Under the pieces are notes generated by a model. The model was not told the origin of the DNA. It worked only from the letters and a program-made list of their open reading frames with translations, and searched no databases. From positions 1 to 38,403 of IMG/VR virus record IMGVR_UViG_3300045988_055586: 38,403 nt of DNA. One strand, given 5' to 3'. A program made the translations under genes and the position numbers. Positions 1 through 6,222 of the stretch are shown here, piece after piece (positions within the stretch are counted from its first letter, which is position 1; each line of letters begins with the position of its first letter). Source of the stretch: a virus.

Positions 1-119
1 CTCGCAGGACACGGCAAGATGTGTTTTTGGAGCAGTGGCCAAATGCGTATGTTAATGAGTCGGATGGTTTATTAGTAATCGGCCCCTGCGTTGTAGACGA
101 AACGCAGAAGAAAAAAAAC
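1..119. repeat. Terminal direct repeat, copy 1 (circular-closure overlap or terminal redundancy)
   Basis: Identical by eye to 38285-38403 (ctcgcaggacacggcaag...gaagaaaaaaaac). Confidence 0.95.
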
Positions 120-191
120 AGACGGTGCGGCACCAAGAAGGAAAATTGCTATCAGTGCCGCCAAGAATACTGGATGCAGGAGGCGAAATGA
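3..191 (+). CDS. Same junction-spanning ORF, 3' part (nt 3-119 duplicate 38287-38403)
   Basis: Frame 3 is open from the window start to TGA 189-191. The stop overlaps the next start (ATGATG). Confidence 0.7.
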   Translation, partial: RRTRQDVFLEQWPNAYVNESDGLLVIGPCVVDETQKKKNRRCGTKKENCYQCRQEYWMQEAK

Positions 192-712
192 TGAAACGAC
201 TGACAATGCGCTTGGATGATGGGCGAGCGGTTATGCGCTGCGAAGAATGCAAAGAAGGCCGGAACGGAGTGGCCGGAGAGGGCTGTACAGCGATGTATTG
301 CCGGAATATGTGCAAAGATCGTCTTGCTGCCTACGAGGACACGGGGCTGACGCCGGAACAGTGCGAAAACGCAAAAGCCATCATCGAATGTGCATTTAGC
401 GCTGACACATCAAAGGCAGAACGGATTCGGGAGCTGTTGAAAGCAGACAAGGACGGTCGGTTGGTGGTGCTGCCTGTGCGGCCAGTCCTCACGCAGAGCA
501 TCGGGAGTATGCTGTATATCATCGAGGATGGAGAAATTGTTGAGGACTCGCTGTGCGAAGCGCTTGTCGGTATGGGAAGCAACGGAGAGATAAACATATT
601 TTACACCACGCTGTCCGATCAAATATCTTTCGAGCAGGCCGATATTGGCAAGACCGTATTTCTGACCCATGAGGAGGCGGAAAAGACATTGATGGAGGCG
701 AACGAGAAATGA
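188..712 (+). CDS. Hypothetical early protein, Cys-rich N-terminus
   Basis: GGAGG upstream of ATG 188. The listed ORF 125-712 starts at a GTG inside the previous gene. Motifs CEECK...CTAMYCRNMC and AAYEDTGLTPEQ. Confidence 0.6.
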   Translation: MMKRLTMRLDDGRAVMRCEECKEGRNGVAGEGCTAMYCRNMCKDRLAAYEDTGLTPEQCENAKAIIECAFSADTSKAERIRELLKADKDGRLVVLPVRPVLTQSIGSMLYIIEDGEIVEDSLCEALVGMGSNGEINIFYTTLSDQISFEQADIGKTVFLTHEEAEKTLMEANEK

Positions 713-924
713 ATGGCCAGGCCTGTAATGTTTGCAAATATTGCGCTGAATTGAAAACTCCGTATGAGCGTTCAGGCGGTGCGGCCATTTACGGATATTG
801 CTTTAAGAATGGCGATAAGGATTATTCCACCGATATGGGCAAGGGCTATCCGATATTCTTACCTCTTAGCTGCGGAGGTACATGCAAAGACTTTAGGCGA
901 AGGAGGGGGTTATCCCATGATTGA
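709..924 (+). CDS. Hypothetical small Cys-rich protein
   Basis: ATG 709 overlaps the previous stop (ATGA). 71 aa with CNVCKYC...C...CGGTC. Confidence 0.5.
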   Translation: MNGQACNVCKYCAELKTPYERSGGAAIYGYCFKNGDKDYSTDMGKGYPIFLPLSCGGTCKDFRRRRGLSHD

Positions 925-1108
925 CTTGAAACCTTGCCCGTTTTGCGGCAGCACAAAAAATAGCGTTGTCAGGTCAAAGTACGATGACGGTTGGTATGCT
1001 GAAATCAAGTGCAAGTGCGGAGCCGACATGAAATTTTGGGCACTTAAAAAGTCTTGGGCAGAAGAAACCGCAATCTCGGCGTGGAACAGGAGGGCTGACA
1101 ATGGCTGA
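917..1108 (+). CDS. lar: Lar-family restriction-alleviation-like protein
   Basis: GGAGGGGG upstream of ATG 917. 63 aa: MIDLKPCPFCGS...IKCKCGA...AISAWNRRA, i.e. a CPFCG...C.CG zinc ribbon plus the AI..WN.R signature of Lar-like proteins. Confidence 0.65.
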   Translation: MIDLKPCPFCGSTKNSVVRSKYDDGWYAEIKCKCGADMKFWALKKSWAEETAISAWNRRADNG

Positions 1109-1610
1109 ATACATCGAGAGCACAGAAGAACTCATGGGCGCGAAAATGGATGAGTGGGATAAAAAGCAGAACGACAAAGATTTGCTACAAGCGCTGCGGC
1201 GGCTGAAGGTGGAGACCGGAAGCCTTGCCTGCCTGGGGTGCGGTTATGAGCACGACTGCGGTGCACATGGCTGCGCGATCCTGCGGAAGGTAGAGGAGCA
1301 AATTGTGGGGGAGGCCGACTGTGCGTTCTGCTTGCCCGGCGGATTTTGTAGTCGGAACTCGAAGCCAGCCGCGAATGCTTATCGAGAGAATGAGGCAAGT
1401 GTTGAGATTGGGGAAAATATAAAATTTTCCGAAATGACCCCCGGGAAGAGCATCGAATGGTATAAGAGATTTATGGCGTGGCGCGCAGGACAGGCCGTCC
1501 AGGCTGTTATCGAGAAAGGAAACTTATTTATTATCGAGGGACCAGATACAATCGCGTGGAAAGTGGAGATATATACGAGGAGGAATACAAATGATCGATG
1601 TACGCATTAG
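1101..1610 (+). CDS. Hypothetical protein (CLGCGYEHDCGAHGC motif)
   Basis: AGGAGGG 7 nt upstream of ATG 1101. Overlaps the lar stop. Confidence 0.6.
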   Translation: MAEYIESTEELMGAKMDEWDKKQNDKDLLQALRRLKVETGSLACLGCGYEHDCGAHGCAILRKVEEQIVGEADCAFCLPGGFCSRNSKPAANAYRENEASVEIGENIKFSEMTPGKSIEWYKRFMAWRAGQAVQAVIEKGNLFIIEGPDTIAWKVEIYTRRNTNDRCTH

Positions 1611-1836
1611 CAAAAAAGGAATTGGTCACTGCAATATTACAGGGACAACCGCGGAGATCTTGGCAGACTTCACTCTTTTGATCAATCAGTACTATTCGGC
1701 AACGGCTAAAACTGCTCCGCAGTTGCTTCCCAGTATACGCGAGTGCTTTGCGAAGATTACTGCGCCGGGTAGCCAGATGTGGGAACTGGACGAGAGTGTG
1801 GAGGGGATTTTCGTGACCGAGAAGGTGAAAAAATGA
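1591..1836 (+). CDS. Hypothetical protein
   Basis: GAGGAGGA upstream of ATG 1591. 81 aa. Confidence 0.55.
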   Translation: MIDVRISKKGIGHCNITGTTAEILADFTLLINQYYSATAKTAPQLLPSIRECFAKITAPGSQMWELDESVEGIFVTEKVKK

Positions 1837-2126
1837 AGGTATACATAGCCGGGAAGATCACCGGGAACGAAAACTACAAGGCGGAGTTTGCCGAGGCGGA
1901 GAAAAAGCTGCGGGCGCTGGGGCATATCCCGCTGAATCCGGCGGTGCTGCCGGAGGGGCTGGAGAAGGCGGACTATATGCGCATTTGCCTGGCCATGCTG
2001 GACAGCACCGACGCCATTGCATTGATGCTGAACTGGACGGGAAGTCCCGGCGCAAACATCGAACTATCCTTAGCAATGTACACGGACAAGAAGCAGATTG
2101 ACCTGTGGACGATACCAAATCTATAA
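1833..2126 (+). CDS. DUF4406 / nucleoside 2-deoxyribosyltransferase-like protein
   Basis: ATG 1833 overlaps the previous stop. MKVYIAGKITGNENY...LNPA...DAIALMLNWTGSPGANIELSLA matches the MKVYI.G.mtG ... W..S.GA..E pattern of this fold family. Confidence 0.6.
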   Translation: MKVYIAGKITGNENYKAEFAEAEKKLRALGHIPLNPAVLPEGLEKADYMRICLAMLDSTDAIALMLNWTGSPGANIELSLAMYTDKKQIDLWTIPNL

Positions 2127-2428
2127 AACCGAGATTCTGCCAGCCGTGGGGCTGGCGGTCGCTCCGGGGATCGCAGGGGTATGCGGTCTCCGGAGGGGCC
2201 TTGCGGGGAGGGATCCCCGCTGCTCCATCGATTCCTCCTTCCGACAAGCTGCAGCTTGTAAGCAGCAGCTCCGCCTGGAATGGCGGCAGAGCAGGAGGCG
2301 GCATGGACAGACCGTGCCGCCTCCCCGAAAGGGAGGAACGGACATACATATATAATATACGCGCGCACGCGTTTCTTTGTAGGCTCTTTAGGGACTAACT
2401 TTACGCACACGGAGAGGAGACGGACGAA
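2127..2428 (+). promoter_or_regulatory. Structured GC-rich non-coding region followed by an alternating Pu/Py AT-rich tract; candidate origin and/or leader of rep
   Basis: Hairpins at 2139-2156, a gcgggga-GGGA-tccccgc hairpin near 2203-2220, a 10-bp perfect stem 2294-2303/2315-2324, an overlapping cctccc-cgaaa-gggagg stem 2320-2336, an alternating purine-pyrimidine run 2342-2371, and TATAAT at 2351-2356. Confidence 0.5.
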
Positions 2429-3184
2429 ATGGAGGGATGCTGGGTGATCCGAACATACAAATCCGGGCGGATGGTAGAGAAGAGCAAGGTGTGGGTATCG
2501 AGTCGGGCCAAGATCCGCTCGGGCCGGGTGCAGGGGAATACCTCTGCGGCCAAGCGGGACCGGAATGCCATGCAGGCCGTGCGCGTGCTGGCCCGCAGCT
2601 TTAACTGCAACTGCAGCCACAAATGGCTCCACATGGTGTGCAAGCTGGATGATGCGCACCTGGCGTCGGCAGAGGCGGACACAGAGAAGACTCTGAAGAA
2701 CTTCCGGGCTCGACTGAAACGCGCCGTGGCGAAGCTGGGCGGGCAGGTGGCCTACTATGAGTTCATTAGCCATAAGGACGGAAAGTCCGGCGCAGAGAAG
2801 CGCCTGCACATCCACTATGTGATCAGGCTGGAGGGCGTGCGCTTTGAGGACGGGCTGTGGATGCTGGGAGACAAAGCGCTGGAGGACATCTGGGGCATGG
2901 GAAGTGTATGGGCGGAGCCGCTATACAACGCGGCAGATTATACGGACCTGGCTGCCTACCTGCTGCGGCAATCGGATCGGGAAGGGAAAAAGGCCTACAA
3001 CCCCAGCCGAAACCTGAAAAAGCCCATCGTGACGGAGCGACCGGCACGGACCTGCGCGCCGTTGCGGGCTCCGGCAGGATCGGTGCTGGTGGAGCAAGGG
3101 AACTGGAACGCCCTATACGGGGCGCATTACATACGCTACATCGCGCCGCAGAAGCCGGAGGAGAGGGGGCGCCGGGATGAATGA
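2429..3184 (+). CDS. HUH-superfamily rolling-circle replication initiator-like protein
   Basis: GGAGAGGAG upstream of ATG 2429. HUH motif in KRLHIHYVI. Downstream Tyr motif ADYTDLAAYLLRQ. The overall pattern (..TY.sG..EksK ... N.N ... HiH.vi ... W..G.v....) resembles RCR Rep proteins. Confidence 0.55.
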   Translation: MEGCWVIRTYKSGRMVEKSKVWVSSRAKIRSGRVQGNTSAAKRDRNAMQAVRVLARSFNCNCSHKWLHMVCKLDDAHLASAEADTEKTLKNFRARLKRAVAKLGGQVAYYEFISHKDGKSGAEKRLHIHYVIRLEGVRFEDGLWMLGDKALEDIWGMGSVWAEPLYNAADYTDLAAYLLRQSDREGKKAYNPSRNLKKPIVTERPARTCAPLRAPAGSVLVEQGNWNALYGAHYIRYIAPQKPEERGRRDE

Positions 3185-3395
3185 CAGCATCAGCGCCCGG
3201 GCTATATGTCCCTTCTTCCGACGGGCCGAGAAGCAATTTGTCCGCTGCGAGGGGATGGAACCGGGGCAGCGGGTAGAGATCGGATTCAGGAGCAAGAGTA
3301 AGCACAGAGGTTGGCTGGACCGTTACTGCTGCAGCTATAATTTCGGCTGCTGCCCCCTGTATCGGGCCCTGGAACAGAACTGCAAAGAGACATAA
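3177..3395 (+). CDS. Hypothetical small Cys-rich protein
   Basis: 72 aa, ICPFF...VRCEG...YCCSYNFGCCPLY. The start overlaps the end of rep. Confidence 0.5.
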   Translation: MNDSISARAICPFFRRAEKQFVRCEGMEPGQRVEIGFRSKSKHRGWLDRYCCSYNFGCCPLYRALEQNCKET

Positions 3396-3437
3396 TCGCC
3401 GCGTGGGGATTCCTGCGCGGCTTTGGGGCGTAGAAAA

Positions 3438-3472
3438 GGGACCCGTGAAGACAAAGTCTTTGCACGGGTCCC
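3438..3472 (-). terminator. Intrinsic terminator of the leftward operon (between convergent genes)
   Basis: gggacccgtgaagac-aaa-gtctt(t)gcacgggtccc, a ~15-bp stem. On the minus strand it is followed by ttttc. Confidence 0.7.
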
Positions 3473-3488
3473 GTATAAGATCATCGGA

Positions 3489-3770
3489 TCACAACAGATG
3501 TTTGGCGTCCATATCTAACGCATCGGCGAGTGCGACGAGATTTCGGGCTGTCAAGTTGCCTACATCGGCCTCTCCCAGCTCTACGCGCTGGATCTGACGG
3601 ATGTTAACGCCGGACACCTCGGCAAGCTGGGATTGTGTCATGCCAGCCATGCGGCGGTACCACTCCAGCTTAGTGATTGCCCGATTGTGGCAGTCGCGAC
3701 CGTAATTGACGAGAGAGCAAAGGGTGCAATCGCCATCGTCACGCTGGCAGTCAGCATATTTTCTGCGCAT
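3489..3770 (-). CDS. XRE-family HTH regulator with N-terminal Cys/His cluster
   Basis: MRRKYADCQRDDGDCTLCSLVNYGRDCH, then MTQSQLAEVSGVNIRQIQRVELGE (classic XRE HTH). ATG at 3770; the listed ORF is extended upstream to 3842. Confidence 0.75.
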   Translation of the reverse strand: MRRKYADCQRDDGDCTLCSLVNYGRDCHNRAITKLEWYRRMAGMTQSQLAEVSGVNIRQIQRVELGEADVGNLTARNLVALADALDMDAKHLL

Positions 3771-3784
3771 ACTGATACACCGCC

Positions 3785-4186
3785 TTAACCTATATCCACA
3801 GGACGGGACAGGCAGGGCTGGTCGGGGTGAGCAGCACTCCACGCATCCGCAAAGCTCGAATCGCTAAACTCGACATCCGTGGCCAGTTTGAGCGTGCCGT
3901 GATAGGTGATCGCATTTGCGACGATGGCGGCGGTATCTCTTGTCATACGCGAGAAATACAGCTTCTTGGCATAGCGGACGATGTCCCAGTATGCGCCTTC
4001 CGCTGCATCGTCCAAAGTAAGAGTCGGATCGCCGCCGAACAAATCGGCAAGAGGATTTTGCTCCCCTATTCTCGCGGTCCACCGATCGATAATTTCCTGG
4101 GGGTTTCCGCCGAGGGAATAGACAAGACCCCGAGCTGTGCCGCTGTGCAGCTGATCCATCCGGCTAATAATATCAATTTTTTCCAT
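3785..4186 (-). CDS. Hypothetical protein, first gene of the leftward operon
   Basis: GGAGGA 8 nt upstream of ATG 4186. 133 aa with no motif I recognise. Confidence 0.65.
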   Translation of the reverse strand: MEKIDIISRMDQLHSGTARGLVYSLGGNPQEIIDRWTARIGEQNPLADLFGGDPTLTLDDAAEGAYWDIVRYAKKLYFSRMTRDTAAIVANAITYHGTLKLATDVEFSDSSFADAWSAAHPDQPCLSRPVDIG

Positions 4187-4243
4187 TTTGCTTTTCCTCC
4201 TTGGCAGATTTGCGGGATGCGCCCCGCTCTTGTTTACATTCTC

Positions 4244-4272
4244 ATTATACGCTAATATTAGCGCATTGTCAA
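4244..4272 (-). promoter_or_regulatory. Consensus sigmaA-type promoter TTGACA-17 nt-TATAAT (minus strand)
   Basis: The reverse complement of 4241-4275 reads ggcTTGACAatgcgctaatattagcgTATAATgag. Confidence 0.8.
4250..4263. promoter_or_regulatory. 14-bp perfect palindrome (cgctaatattagcg) inside the promoter spacer; candidate operator
   Basis: Perfect dyad symmetry, lying entirely between the -35 and -10 hexamers. Confidence 0.6.
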
Positions 4273-4408
4273 GCCCTATGACAAAAAAACTTGAGAAGAT
4301 TTAGAGGCGAACGGTGCAACAATCTGACGGGGCAAAAAAATCGTGGTGCGGAGGGGAGAAAAACGACCTGCGGGAACTGTAAAATGGCCATAAAGGGGGT
4401 GAGGCGGC

Positions 4409-4819
4409 ATGGCGCAGAAAAGAATCGAACAGGAGCGCCGCATGAAGATACTGGCAGACTATACCCTGGAGGGCAGCTACCGGGCGGCGGCACGAAAAAA
4501 CGGCGTGAGCCCGGACACGGTCCGGCGGATCGTGCGGGAGAACCCGGATATGGTGAAGGTGGCGGACACGCAGAAAAACGCGCGCGCGCGGGACTTAATG
4601 AGCTATATGCAGGGCAAGGCGGACACGGTGTGCGACATCATCGACAACGGCCTGGGCGTGCTCAGCGACCCCGAGCGGATGAAGGAGGCGAAGCTCCGGG
4701 ACATTGCAACCATGATGGCGATTCTTATCGACAAGTGGTCCATGATCAACGCCATGTGCCAGGATAAGGCGCCGGTGCAGGTGGAGCTGGCCCCGGAGCT
4801 GGAGGATTACGCAGGATGA
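4409..4819 (+). CDS. terS: Terminase small subunit (HTH-type)
   Basis: 136 aa with N-terminal HTH (SYRAAARKNGVSPDTVRRIV). The stop overlaps the TerL start. Confidence 0.7.
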   Translation: MAQKRIEQERRMKILADYTLEGSYRAAARKNGVSPDTVRRIVRENPDMVKVADTQKNARARDLMSYMQGKADTVCDIIDNGLGVLSDPERMKEAKLRDIATMMAILIDKWSMINAMCQDKAPVQVELAPELEDYAG

Positions 4820-6219
4820 GATTGCAAATCGAGCCACCAAACGAGAAGCAAAAACTGTTTTTACAGGACCGCGAGCACAAGTACATTGCCTATGGCGGAG
4901 CCCGAGGCGGCGGGAAGAGCTGGGCCGTGCGGACCAAGGCAAAACTGCTGGCCCTGCACTATGCGGGCATCCGAATCCTGATCGTGCGCCGGAGCTACCC
5001 GGAGCTTATAAACAACCACATCAACACCCTCCGGCGGGAACTGCTGGGGGTGGCCAAGTACAACGACAAGGACAAGGTGCTTAAATTCCTCAACGGTAGC
5101 ACCATCAACTTTGCTTACTGCGAGCGGGACAAGGACTTGGACAGGCTTCAGGGCGTGGAGTACGATGTGATCTTTATCGACGAGGCCACGCATCTGTCGG
5201 AATACCAGATGACGGTCATTAAGGCCTGCATCCGCGGCGTGAACAAGTATCCGAAGCGGCTGTATCTCACATGCAACCCGGGAGGACAGGGACACGCCTA
5301 CATAAAGAGGCTTTTTATAGACCGGAAGTTTGAGGAGGGAGAGGATCCGGCGGAATATGCCTTTGTACAGGCGCTGGTAAAGGACAACAAGGCCCTGATG
5401 GCCACCCAGCCGGAGTACATTAAACAGCTGGAGTCTCTGCCGGGACACCTGCGGGAGATGTGGCTGGAGGGGCGCTGGGATGTATTCGCGGGGCAGTTTT
5501 TCGAGGAGCTTCGCCTGGACCCGGACCCTATGCGCTGCGAGGAGGCGGGCATCACCGTGGAGGAGGCCAGAGCACAGAGACGGTTTACCCATGTGATCGA
5601 ACCGTTCAAAATTCCTCGTGGATGGAAAATATATCGCAGCTACGACTTCGGGTATCAAAAGCCCTTTAGCATGGCCTGGTGGGCGGTGGACTACGACGGA
5701 GTGCTATACCGCATTCTGGAGCTCTACGGCTGCACAAGAGAGCCAAACGAGGGTGTGCGGTGGACACCGGACGAGCAGTTCCGAACGGCCCGAGAGCTGG
5801 AGCGGACACACCCGCTTTTAGCGGGCCGGAAGATAGACGGCGGCGTGGCAGATCCGGCTATCTGGGACGGGAGCCGGGGAGAGAGCGTGCAGGAGACGGC
5901 CAGCCGGTACGGCATCTACTTCACTAAGGGTGACAATGAGCGCATAGCCGGGTGGATGCAGTGCCACTATCGGCTACAGTTTGACAGCGAGGGCTATCCC
6001 CGATGCTATATCTTTGACACTTGCAAGGCATTTATGCGCACGGTGCCGCTGCTGATGTACTCGGAGACGAGGCCGGAGGATCTGGACACGGACCTGGAGG
6101 ACCATGTGGCGGACGAGTGGCGGTATTTTTGCATGTCGAGGCCGGTGAAACCGATACTGGAGAAGAAAAAAGAGCCCAGCTGGGGAGACCCGCTGGACCA
6201 GCTGCGGCGGAAAGGATGA
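4816..6219 (+). CDS. terL: Terminase large subunit
   Basis: Walker A YGGARGGGKSW, Walker B DVIFIDEATHL, C-terminal nuclease-like DLEDHVADEWRY. 467 aa. Confidence 0.9.
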   Translation: MRLQIEPPNEKQKLFLQDREHKYIAYGGARGGGKSWAVRTKAKLLALHYAGIRILIVRRSYPELINNHINTLRRELLGVAKYNDKDKVLKFLNGSTINFAYCERDKDLDRLQGVEYDVIFIDEATHLSEYQMTVIKACIRGVNKYPKRLYLTCNPGGQGHAYIKRLFIDRKFEEGEDPAEYAFVQALVKDNKALMATQPEYIKQLESLPGHLREMWLEGRWDVFAGQFFEELRLDPDPMRCEEAGITVEEARAQRRFTHVIEPFKIPRGWKIYRSYDFGYQKPFSMAWWAVDYDGVLYRILELYGCTREPNEGVRWTPDEQFRTARELERTHPLLAGRKIDGGVADPAIWDGSRGESVQETASRYGIYFTKGDNERIAGWMQCHYRLQFDSEGYPRCYIFDTCKAFMRTVPLLMYSETRPEDLDTDLEDHVADEWRYFCMSRPVKPILEKKKEPSWGDPLDQLRRKG

Positions 6220-6222
6220 CAG

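Noticed and set aside
1-119. Terminal repeats interpreted as attL/attR or transposon ends
   Set aside because: A gene reads continuously through the joined ends. No integrase or transposase is present, and no cellular flanks are visible.
1973-2815. 280-aa minus-strand ORF, plus the + strand ORFs 2098-2355 and 2105-2398 covering the non-coding region
   Set aside because: Several frames are open simultaneously here because the region is GC-rich and stop-poor. The translations are low-complexity and there are no RBSs. The hairpin content fits a structured non-coding element better.
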